This document shows, in pieces, positions 8,848 to 16,303 of a stretch of 32,000 nt of DNA. Every line of letters starts with the position of its first letter. Within the stretch, counting starts at the first letter, position 1. Made by a program: the position numbers and the translations under genes. The notes beneath the pieces were generated by a model. The model did not search any database, was not told where the DNA came from, and worked only from the letters and a program-made list of their open reading frames with translations. Location of the stretch: contig NZ_CP010904.1 of NCBI RefSeq assembly GCF_001017655.1, positions 2,430,001 through 2,462,000 on the forward strand. The letters run 5' to 3'. This stretch comes from Kiritimatiella glycovorans (GTDB lineage Bacteria > Verrucomicrobiota > Kiritimatiellia > Kiritimatiellales > Kiritimatiellaceae).

Positions 8848-11392
8848 CCTCCATTTCGGTCGAATACGATAACGCGGATCCTCTGCACGGCCGCTTGTAT
8901 ACCCCTACGTCTCTGCGGTATCCCCACGGCACTTCGGCTCCCCTCAAATCGACTACCACGTTGTCTTCTTCGCCGTTCTTAAGAATGAGCACCCAAAGCG
9001 GACCGTATACCAACGATCTCAACCAGGGAGGCGGCATCGGTCTGAATCCGTGTCGGGCCGGAAGCGCCACGATACTTTGATGAAGGAGAACGGCCTTACC
9101 GTAATCTCGCTCACCTGAATGTACTTTGATTCTCTCGCCATTGCACAGGGTCAGATCGGCAGCGTTCCCTAAATCATCGCATTGGCGCAGAATGAGTGCC
9201 GGAAGGGTCGGACGTTCACTGTAACGGGTCGGGGCTCGATTTTCATCGTCCTCTCCGCAATACAGCGTGGTGGCCCCGAGGGCTGCCTCAGCCAGTTTTC
9301 GGCGCTTCTCGTCCAGTTCGCCTTTCAATTCCGTAGCCCACTCCGGACAGAGAGCGGAGTCGTCGTAGGTTTGCTTCAGCAAAGCACGCACATCGCCAGG
9401 CAGCGATACGGAGGACTTTGAAAGCCACACCTCAAGCGTCTTCCACAGGATGTAGGGAGCATACACAAACCGACTGGAACCCACATCTTCACAGAAATCC
9501 TCAGCCTTCTCCCACTCGAGTATATTCGGACCATAAATCCATACCTTTCCGCAACCCTCCGGGCGCTCCTTTCGCTCATGGCGACAAATTCGCCCCATAC
9601 GCTGTAACAGCATATCCGTAGGAGCCAGCTCTGTGACCAGCATATCGGCATCGATATCGACGCTCTGCTCAACAACCTGCGTGGCTACCAGTATACAGCC
9701 TCGGGGACGAGGACCGTTTTTACCCAAAGCTTCCATCCATTTATCTTCGAGCTCGGCGCGTCGAAATGCGGGAAACCGAGAATGCAGCAAACCCGTCTCA
9801 AATGAATCTTCCCGCCTTTCTCCGTTAATTTTTCGGAAAATCTCTTGGGCATGTGCGACCGTATTGGCAATCCAAAGCACACAAGCTTTCGCCTCGGCCG
9901 CCTTTACGGCCTCTGCAACCAGTTGATCCTTTTCGGAACCGCGATATCGCAAGGCCAAGGATCTGTCCTCAGTTCCAGGCAACACAAAGGAGCGATGCGC
10001 AGTAGATGCCACCGGGTAAGCCTCTGTCGACGAACCTGCCACCCTGAAGGCCTTGCGGCGTTCGGCCGTCAACGTTGCCGAGAGAATTATGACCGAGCAC
10101 CCTATATTCAATAACTCGTCTACGAGGCAGTCGAACAATGTTCCGGTATAAGAGTCATAACTGTGGACCTCATCAAGAATAACCACCTTGCCGGCCAGCC
10201 CGAAGGTACGTACGAAGTGGTGTTTGACCCGCAGTACACTCATCAGCGCCTGATCAATTGTTCCCACCCCGAACGGCGCGAGCAATGCACGCTTGCTTGG
10301 ATGAAACCAGCTCTTCCCTGCCCTGAAGGCTATTGCTCTGGACTCGAGATTCATCCAGGCATGACCATGAGCAAGGTTCACAAAGCCGTGACCGTCCAGA
10401 ATCCGCCCCATAAAAGACTGGACCCGCTTATGAATCCGGTAGCTGGTCAACCGTGTCGGCAAGCCGAAATAGAGTCCCCTATTCTTTCCGGTACTCATTA
10501 GTTTATAGGCCGCGTATAACGCGGCTTCCGTTTTGCCTAACCCCGTCGGCGCTTCCAGCACATAAGCACCGCGCTCGTCTACGCAGTCAATAAAAGCTCG
10601 CTGCATTGCATTAGGTGAAAATGGAAATACGTCGGAAAATTCCAGATCTGACCGCAGCCGAAAGTCCGACCAGCCACATTCATCCAGGGCCTGTTCTACC
10701 CGCCGGTTCAAATCCTCCCGCCCAACCTCGCCCCTTTCGGGAAAAAAAGTATCATTCGAGGCAATCCAGTCCGAAACACAGGTCAAGCCCGCAAGAAGTT
10801 TGATCTGTGCGGGAAGAGGCGGTTCATCGGGCAATCGCGACCCAAAGCGACCAAAAAGCGTGTCGATAAATTTCTTTCGTTCCCGAGCCCATCCCGGACC
10901 ACCGTAGACTTCACACCCCTCGTTCTGCGGATAGCTTCTGGTCCCATGATGACTGCCGATTGATTCAGCCCACGCCAGCCAGTTCTCGGACTTACCCCGT
11001 TGCTTTGCCCAGGCCCGAAAAGCCGCCTCGCCGATTTCCGCATGATTTCTCGTCCACCCCGAAGCCTCTGTATCCATTTCGGCTAGAGCGGGACATAACC
11101 CCTGCAGAGCCGTATTAGAGCAATGCTTGAGAAAGCCGGGAGACCCCTTGCCCACGTCATGAAGAGAGACAAGAAAAGGGAGGTAGGTATTCCTGAAAAA
11201 CTCAAACCCCAACCTTGAGCAGCAACGCGCCGCCACGTAACCACTGATTACACAGTGATCAAATAATGACATGCCGGCACCGCCATCAGTCGAAGATTTA
11301 GCGTACCAATCTCGCCCTAAAACCAGAGGATAGTTTCGGGCAGCCTTTCCTGCGGAATCCGCATTTCCGGCACTCACACTGAAGCGAGACAT
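8825..11392 (-). CDS. cas3: Cas3 nuclease-helicase (HD domain fused to an SF2 helicase), type I signature protein
   Basis: 855 aa. HD-domain motifs are WYAKSS...LHDVGKGSPGF. Helicase motif I is LEAPTGLGKTEAAL, motif II is VILDEVHSYD, motif III is SATL. A GGAG sequence lies 7 nt upstream of the ATG at 11392. Confidence 0.95.
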   Translation of the reverse strand: MSRFSVSAGNADSAGKAARNYPLVLGRDWYAKSSTDGGAGMSLFDHCVISGYVAARCCSRLGFEFFRNTYLPFLVSLHDVGKGSPGFLKHCSNTALQGLCPALAEMDTEASGWTRNHAEIGEAAFRAWAKQRGKSENWLAWAESIGSHHGTRSYPQNEGCEVYGGPGWARERKKFIDTLFGRFGSRLPDEPPLPAQIKLLAGLTCVSDWIASNDTFFPERGEVGREDLNRRVEQALDECGWSDFRLRSDLEFSDVFPFSPNAMQRAFIDCVDERGAYVLEAPTGLGKTEAALYAAYKLMSTGKNRGLYFGLPTRLTSYRIHKRVQSFMGRILDGHGFVNLAHGHAWMNLESRAIAFRAGKSWFHPSKRALLAPFGVGTIDQALMSVLRVKHHFVRTFGLAGKVVILDEVHSYDSYTGTLFDCLVDELLNIGCSVIILSATLTAERRKAFRVAGSSTEAYPVASTAHRSFVLPGTEDRSLALRYRGSEKDQLVAEAVKAAEAKACVLWIANTVAHAQEIFRKINGERREDSFETGLLHSRFPAFRRAELEDKWMEALGKNGPRPRGCILVATQVVEQSVDIDADMLVTELAPTDMLLQRMGRICRHERKERPEGCGKVWIYGPNILEWEKAEDFCEDVGSSRFVYAPYILWKTLEVWLSKSSVSLPGDVRALLKQTYDDSALCPEWATELKGELDEKRRKLAEAALGATTLYCGEDDENRAPTRYSERPTLPALILRQCDDLGNAADLTLCNGERIKVHSGERDYGKAVLLHQSIVALPARHGFRPMPPPWLRSLVYGPLWVLILKNGEEDNVVVDLRGAEVPWGYRRDVGVYKRPCRGSALSYSTEMEDENESYY

Positions 11393-11559
11393 GTTTCGCT
11401 CCGATAGCTCTCATTTGAAGCAGCCGCGATTTCGTTTCCTGCTATTGCTTGCACGACATGGATTGCTCTGGGCAGCCACTCCCCTGCCTTTTCATCGCGT
11501 AAAAAGTCTTTACGGAAGTCATCTGTACTCCCGGCTTCGATTGTATTGAGAAGGTACAT
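11374..11559 (-). CDS. Hypothetical 61-aa acidic or helical protein; its 3' end overlaps the cas3 start by 19 nt
   Basis: ORF reads MYLLNTIEAGSTDDFRKDFLRDEKAGEWLPRAIHVVQAIAGNEIAAASNESYRSETCLASV. A GGGGG run lies 5 nt upstream of the ATG at 11559; the track begins the ORF at a GTG at 11562. I recognise no family. Support comes from position and coupling only. Confidence 0.4.
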   Translation of the reverse strand: MYLLNTIEAGSTDDFRKDFLRDEKAGEWLPRAIHVVQAIAGNEIAAASNESYRSETCLASV

Positions 11560-11605
11560 CACTACCCCCGTGCGTTTTCAGCTTTTCGCCAAATCAAAAT
11601 ATTAA

Positions 11606-12784
11606 TCAGCAGGTGACCCCTAAAGATTTAAATGTCCTCTCTATTACCGAAATCTCTTCCGCACCCGGACACCGTTCTTTTGCACGCACAAGCAAATCGC
11701 CAAGACGACCATTGGGGGTGAGTATTCGTTGGCTTGAGTCGGGCTCCGAGTAATCTGTTTCGCGGTAATGAAGCTCAATGCGATGCTTGATATCGCGTTC
11801 CAACTCTGGCCTGATCAGTTCAAGCTCGCCAAGGCGATACAGAAAACTTTCGGCGGAAACACCAAATCGATGCTTGAGTCGGAGCAGCAAGGTATACGTC
11901 CACTCCTGCGGCTTTATGGCAAGCTGGTGCACGCTATTCCGGACTGCGGAAGCAGGCATCAAAAACTGGCCTGCAAAGAATCGGGCTGCGCGATGCTCGT
12001 TAAGCGGTTTCCCGCGTCTGTCAACAACTTCATCAGCTTGACAAGGCGTCTTCAAATCGCGCAACCGGGTGAAACAGTAAATTCGCCCCAACTCGTAGAG
12101 CAGAAGAAAAAGCTGGCGCTCAGCATTCAGCTCGGAATGTATAAAAATCACTGCATTCGCATTGGCGGCATCGTAACAGGAAAAGCTCTGCCCTCCGTCC
12201 TCCTCCAGCGTACAGAAAATAATGCGCAACCCCGCGTTTTCAAGAAGCTCCAGATAATCAAAAATTACCGCCTCGCTCACTCCAAGTATTCGCCGCACCG
12301 AACCGGCCAGCTCCCTGAGTCCTTCCACGGAAAAAACAAAGGGCAGCCGGAGCGGGACGGTTGCCGACTTGCGAGCTCCCGCCAGGTCTTCCAGCGCCAA
12401 CACACTGTCCGTAAGTCGACCAAGCTTTCTCAGTGTTTCGTCCGCAATCTCTGCCCTTTCACTTCCACTCCTGACCAATTCCGCCGCCGGCCCGAGAGAG
12501 TCATCGGCAGCTGCCGCAACATACCCTCCAGGGCCTCCCGCAGCTTCGCCGCTCATCATCTTCGCGCCCCCCCCCGATTCAAAAAACGCATCCACCGGCA
12601 CATCCAGCACCTCCGCCATATTACAGAGCACCGGTGCCGACGGAAGATTGTGCCCGCGCTCGATATTGCTGACCGGGCCCGGACGCATGTCGAGACGGCG
12701 CGCGAACTCGACCTGGCTCAAGTGTCGTCTCCTCCGGATCGCGCGCACGTTTTCTCCTATGCTCTGACAGGATTTTGAATTCAT
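11606..12784 (-). CDS. Fused XRE-family HTH / ImmA-IrrE-like (COG2856, DUF955-type) regulator with a degenerate metal-binding motif
   Basis: The N-terminal IGENVRAIRRRRHLSQVEFARRLDMRPGPVSNIERGHNLPSAPVLCNMAEVLDVPVDAFF is a classical HTH_3 pattern. The central ...AVIFIHSELNAERQLFLLLYELGRIY...NEHRAARFFAGQFLMPASAV aligns with the ImmA/IrrE pattern ...I.IN......RQRFTLAHELGHLLLH...E..AN.FAA.LLMP. HELGH is replaced by YELGR (residues 230-234, nt 12083-12097). Confidence 0.75.
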   Translation of the reverse strand: MNSKSCQSIGENVRAIRRRRHLSQVEFARRLDMRPGPVSNIERGHNLPSAPVLCNMAEVLDVPVDAFFESGGGAKMMSGEAAGGPGGYVAAAADDSLGPAAELVRSGSERAEIADETLRKLGRLTDSVLALEDLAGARKSATVPLRLPFVFSVEGLRELAGSVRRILGVSEAVIFDYLELLENAGLRIIFCTLEEDGGQSFSCYDAANANAVIFIHSELNAERQLFLLLYELGRIYCFTRLRDLKTPCQADEVVDRRGKPLNEHRAARFFAGQFLMPASAVRNSVHQLAIKPQEWTYTLLLRLKHRFGVSAESFLYRLGELELIRPELERDIKHRIELHYRETDYSEPDSSQRILTPNGRLGDLLVRAKERCPGAEEISVIERTFKSLGVTC

Positions 12785-12785
12785 T

Positions 12786-12803
12786 ATTCATGAATATATG
12801 AAT
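12786..12803. promoter_or_regulatory. Operator-like palindrome ATTCAT-N6-ATGAAT over the predicted -10 of the regulator promoter. Further ATGAAT(AT) copies lie at 12779-12784 (complement) and 12841-12848
   Basis: The sequence at 12786-12803 is ATTCATGAATATATGAAT. ATGAATAT occurs at 12790-12797 and again at 12841-12848. Confidence 0.4.
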
Positions 12804-12820
12804 TGCATGGGCTGTGTCAA
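12793..12820 (-). promoter_or_regulatory. Candidate sigma70 promoter of the XRE/ImmA-like gene: perfect -35 TTGACA (12815-12820), 16-nt spacer, -10 TATATT (12793-12798). It implies a leaderless or near-leaderless mRNA, since the ATG is at 12784
   Basis: Read on the minus strand as ...gtgcTTGACAcagcccatgcaattcaTATATTcatgaataATG. No Shine-Dalgarno sequence lies between the -10 and the start codon. Confidence 0.4.
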
Positions 12821-12868
12821 GCACATATCTTTATATATATATGAATATTGAGGAAAGGAGACGGCGCA

Positions 12869-12958
12869 ATGGACTGGTTCAGCCTCTATGTCGCGAACGA
12901 GGCGCGCAAGACGCGCAGAGATCAGCGGCGCATTGCAAAGCAGAACAAAAAATCATGA
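12869..12958 (+). CDS. Hypothetical 29-aa highly basic mini-protein
   Basis: AGGAGA lies 8 nt upstream of the ATG at 12869. Translation is MDWFSLYVANEARKTRRDQRRIAKQNKKS. The stop overlaps the next ATG as ATGA at 12955-12958. It is too short for the supplied track. Confidence 0.3.
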   Translation: MDWFSLYVANEARKTRRDQRRIAKQNKKS

Positions 12959-13113
12959 GGAGCAATTCACGTCCCGTCGCCCCGGCCGGAGGAGACGCGG
13001 GTTCAGGGATCGGATGCGCCGTACTTATCATCCTGCCGGCGGCGCTGTTCGGCCTCTACTGGATCATTAAGTCGATCTCCATCATCGCGCGCACGTTCAC
13101 GGACGGGTTCTGA
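12955..13113 (+). CDS. Hypothetical 52-aa single-pass membrane peptide
   Basis: Translation is MRSNSRPVAPAGGDAGSGIGCAVLIILPAALFGLYWIIKSISIIARTFTDGF, with one clear hydrophobic helix. Third codon positions are strongly G/C-biased, as in the flanking high-GC genes. It is in frame with track ORF 12814..13113. Confidence 0.4.
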   Translation: MRSNSRPVAPAGGDAGSGIGCAVLIILPAALFGLYWIIKSISIIARTFTDGF

Positions 13114-13191
13114 CCCCGCCCGGAGGGACGGGTAATACTTGATGGTCCGGATGGACCCACACAGGAGGAGGCAGCACTCCCCTCAACCCAC

Positions 13192-13216
13192 CTTCATGCT
13201 CTTCATGTGCTTCATG
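13192..13216. repeat. Three CTTCATG units phased at 9 bp (CATGAAG on the minus strand)
   Basis: CTTCATG occurs at 13192-13198, 13201-13207 and 13210-13216, in the convergent intergenic region downstream of rpoN. Confidence 0.8.
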
Positions 13217-13294
13217 GTCTGCCCCCACCTCGAACCCGATAGCGATGCACACCAGGTCTCACTCAGGCTTCCGGCTCGCACTCTTCTGCAAGGC

Positions 13295-14731
13295 TTATCG
13301 TTTGCGCCGAAGGTTGGAGGGCAGGATGTTGAGCTGTTCGCGGTATTTGGCGACGGTGCGGCGGGCGATTTCCAAACCCTGCTCCCTGAGCTTCTCCGCT
13401 ATGGCCTGGTCGGAGAGCGGGCGGGCGGGGTCCTCCTGTTCCACCAGGCGCGAGAGCGCGGCTTTCACGCCCTCGTTCGAGACCTCCGTCCCGTCCGCGC
13501 GGCGGTAGCCGGTGCGGAAGAAGAATTTCATCTCGTAGGTCCCCAGCGGCGTCTGGATGTATTTGTTCGACGTCGCGCGGCTCACGGTGGTCTCGTGCAC
13601 ACCCAGTTTCGCGGCGACGTCCGACATCCGCAGCGGCTTGAGGTGCGACACGCCGTGTTCGAAAAAGTCGCGCTGAACGCGGACGATCTCGAGCGCGATC
13701 TTGTAGAGGGTCTGCTGGCGCTGATCGATGCTCTTGATCAGCAGCATCCCGCCCCTGATCTTTTCGCGGACGTATTTTTTTACGTCCTGCGCGGTCGACG
13801 GATCTTCAAGCAGCTTCCGGTAGTAGCGGCTGATACGGACCGGAGGGATGTACTCGTCCTTCTGCCGGACCACGTACTCGCCGTCCACCTTCTGAATGCT
13901 CAGTTCCGGCACGACGTATTCCGCGCGCTCGGAACTGAACTTCCTCCCCGGCCTGGGTTCCAGCGTGGAGATAAAGCGGGCCAGCGAGTCGACCCGCGCG
14001 GCAGAAATATCCATCGTTCTGGCGATCTCGTCATACTTATGTGCACCCAGCAGATCGAGATGATGCTCCACCAGCGTCCATACGGGATCGCCCGGCTTTT
14101 TCCCCAGCCGGTCGAGCTGGATCAGGAGACATTCCTGTACGGTTCGCGCCCCCACGCCGAGCGGATCGAAATCCTGGATCACCTTCAGGACGCGCTCCAG
14201 ACGGTCGCAGGCCACCCCGGTATTCCTCTCGAACTCCTCAGGATCGCTGGAGAGATAACCGTCGTCGTCGATGCTCCCGATCAGCAGCTCGCCGACCTTG
14301 CGCTCCGATGCGTCCACATCGGACAGCGTGAGCTGGTGCATCAGGTGTTCCTGCAGCGAAAGCGATTCGGTCACCGAATCCAGAAAATACTGCCGCTTTT
14401 CCTCGGCGTCCTGCGACGAGGGCATCACCGCCCGGTTCTGGCGGAAGTAGTCGCGCCACTCGTCGTCGAGCTGCGCGAGCTGCGCGAATTCGTCGGCGAA
14501 ATCTTCTTCCAGCTCCCGCTCGATATCGCTGGTCCCCGGCTCCACCTCGACCTGCTCGGTCTCCTCCGCGGGGGGCTCCTCGAGCGTGGGGTTCTGCTCC
14601 ATCTCGCGGCGGATCAGGGCGCGAAGATCCAGCACCGGAACCTGCAGCACCTCCAGCGACTGGCGCAGGTGGGGGGCGAGCACCTGTTGAAGCTGCTGAG
14701 TCTGACTCTGAGTTAGAACCTGCTGCGCCAT
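13295..14731 (-). CDS. rpoN: RNA polymerase sigma-54 factor RpoN
   Basis: I chose the start MAQQVLTQSQTQQLQQVLAPHLRQSLEVLQVPVLDLRALIRREMEQNPTLEE, a Gln-rich region I. The C-terminal end has the HTH and RpoN box ...ARRTVAKYREQLNILPSNLRRKR. The track ORF extends further upstream, to 14899. Confidence 0.93.
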   Translation of the reverse strand: MAQQVLTQSQTQQLQQVLAPHLRQSLEVLQVPVLDLRALIRREMEQNPTLEEPPAEETEQVEVEPGTSDIERELEEDFADEFAQLAQLDDEWRDYFRQNRAVMPSSQDAEEKRQYFLDSVTESLSLQEHLMHQLTLSDVDASERKVGELLIGSIDDDGYLSSDPEEFERNTGVACDRLERVLKVIQDFDPLGVGARTVQECLLIQLDRLGKKPGDPVWTLVEHHLDLLGAHKYDEIARTMDISAARVDSLARFISTLEPRPGRKFSSERAEYVVPELSIQKVDGEYVVRQKDEYIPPVRISRYYRKLLEDPSTAQDVKKYVREKIRGGMLLIKSIDQRQQTLYKIALEIVRVQRDFFEHGVSHLKPLRMSDVAAKLGVHETTVSRATSNKYIQTPLGTYEMKFFFRTGYRRADGTEVSNEGVKAALSRLVEQEDPARPLSDQAIAEKLREQGLEIARRTVAKYREQLNILPSNLRRKR

Positions 14732-14855
14732 GCGAAAATCAGTTCCGATTTGATTGGATCCCGGCGAAAGGTTAATAGAGAGAAGGTCCGGGAACAATCT
14801 TAATGAAGACCCGGTTCGTCGATACACGCGGTCGGACCGGACGGCGGGGAGACCC

Positions 14856-15659
14856 ATGGCGCTGGAACTTTCCATCATCGCAAGCGGCAGCACCGGCAAC
14901 TGCCTCTACGTGGGCACGGAGCAGACACGCGTGCTGATCGACGCCGGGATCAGCGGACGCCGCATCGTTCAGGGGCTCGAGGAGGCGGGCATCGATCCCG
15001 CGTCGATCCAGGCCCTCTGCGTAAGCCATGAACATGCCGACCACATCCAGAGCGTAGGCGTGCTGCACCGTCGTTTCGGCATGGACCTGTTCACGAACCG
15101 CGGCACGCTCGAAGGGCTCGGAGAACACAAGGTACTGCCCTGGAACCTTTTTTCCACCGGCCACGCCTTCGGGATCGGCGACCTCGTGATCGAGCCGTTC
15201 TCCGTCTCCCACGACGCCCGCGAGCCGGTGGGGTTCACGATCACCAGCGGCGCGACGCGCATCGGGATCGCCACGGATCTCGGCGTGGCCACACACCTCA
15301 TCCGCGAACGCCTCAAGCAGTGCCGGGTGATCGTCTGCGAATCGAATCACGATCCCCTCCTCCTCCGGAACAGCCAGCGTCCCTGGCATACGAAAAAACG
15401 GATCGCCGGCCGCCAGGGCCATCTCTCCAACGAGGCCGCTGCGGAACTGATCAGCGGCGTGGCGGGAGAAAACGACCGCCTGGAACGGGTCTACCTCGCC
15501 CACCTCAGCGCGGAATGCAACCGCCCCGAACAGGCGGCGAAACACATGCGCCGCGCCCTCGACGACGCCGGCCACTCCCGTGTGGCCGTGGAACTCACCG
15601 CCCCCGACCGCCCCGCCAGGGTATGGAGAGAAGACGAGACCGGCCGCGATCGCGATTGA
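14856..15659 (+). CDS. MBL-fold metallo-hydrolase (YycJ/WalJ-like)
   Basis: Translation reads MALELSIIASGSTGNCLYVGTEQTRVLIDAGIS...LCVSHEHADHIQSVG, with an HxHxDH beta-lactamase-fold metal motif. I chose the internal Met of track ORF 14754..15659. Confidence 0.8.
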   Translation: MALELSIIASGSTGNCLYVGTEQTRVLIDAGISGRRIVQGLEEAGIDPASIQALCVSHEHADHIQSVGVLHRRFGMDLFTNRGTLEGLGEHKVLPWNLFSTGHAFGIGDLVIEPFSVSHDAREPVGFTITSGATRIGIATDLGVATHLIRERLKQCRVIVCESNHDPLLLRNSQRPWHTKKRIAGRQGHLSNEAAAELISGVAGENDRLERVYLAHLSAECNRPEQAAKHMRRALDDAGHSRVAVELTAPDRPARVWREDETGRDRD

Positions 15660-15676
15660 AACACGCCCCCCTGAGT

Positions 15677-16303
15677 ATGCCATCGGGACACCCCATCCGG
15701 ATCGCGCTCCCGCTCGCTATCGCGGCCTCCTTAAATAGAGACATCCCCTCCGTCGCAAGCCTGAAAACCGATGAGCCGGGACGGATTCGCAGCATGCTGG
15801 AATTTATCGGGAAATCTCCCGTGGACGGAATCAACTACAGCTCCCTTTCAAAGAATGCCGGGATCACCAAGTACAAGGCCCGACAGTACGTGCAGCTTCT
15901 TGAAAAAGCCTTCATCCTGCACCAGGTATTCCCGGCGGGAACCAATGTCCTGCGCGAACCCAAAGTGCTGATGGCGCTCCCGTACCGCCTTCTCTTCCGC
16001 CCATGGCGCGAGGCCCTGGGCGGCCTCCGGGAGGATTTTTTCGCCGGGGCCATGGAGCAGACGGAGACATCCTTCGCCTACCTCAAAAGCACGCGCGGCA
16101 AAAAGACCCCGGACTTTCTCATAGACGACCCATCGTGGAAAAAAACCGTGATCGAGATCGGAGGCAGGGGCAAGGGAAGAGAACAGTTCAAGGGAGTCGA
16201 GACCGGCCGCAAGATCATCCTCTCCCATGGCGGGGACACCGACGGGCTCAAGCGGCCGCTGTTCATGCTCGGTTATCTCGATCAGCGGGACAATTCCATT
16301 TGA
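15677..16303 (+). pseudogene. C-terminal (winged-helix plus DUF4143-like) portion of a COG1373-type AAA+ ATPase. No P-loop domain is present upstream, so it is probably a 5'-truncated remnant
   Basis: The sequence ...INYSSLSKNAGITKYKARQYVQLLEKAFILHQVFP...TPDFLIDDPSWKKTVIEIGGRGKG resembles the ...S...LA...G.S..T...YL..LE..F... EVDF....IEVK pattern of the ATPase C-terminal half. The upstream in-frame sequence (15320-15676) lies inside or next to the MBL gene and is Pro/Arg-rich with no protein-like character. Alternative start at 15794. Confidence 0.45.

Noticed and set aside
13114-13140. CCCGCCCGGAGGGACGGG after the 52-aa ORF, considered as a rho-independent terminator
   Set aside because: The stem is only 4+2 bp with a mismatch, and no T-run follows.
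13139-14716. A 525-aa plus-strand ORF and its nested ORFs
   Set aside because: It is an antisense shadow of rpoN. The translation is Arg/Pro/His/Leu-rich and low in complexity, with no motifs, as is typical of GC-rich DNA.
15320-15676. The N-terminal 119 aa of track ORF 15320..16303
   Set aside because: It overlaps the MBL hydrolase gene in another frame and is Pro/Arg-rich, with nothing protein-like. Only the part from about 15677 onward looks like real protein.
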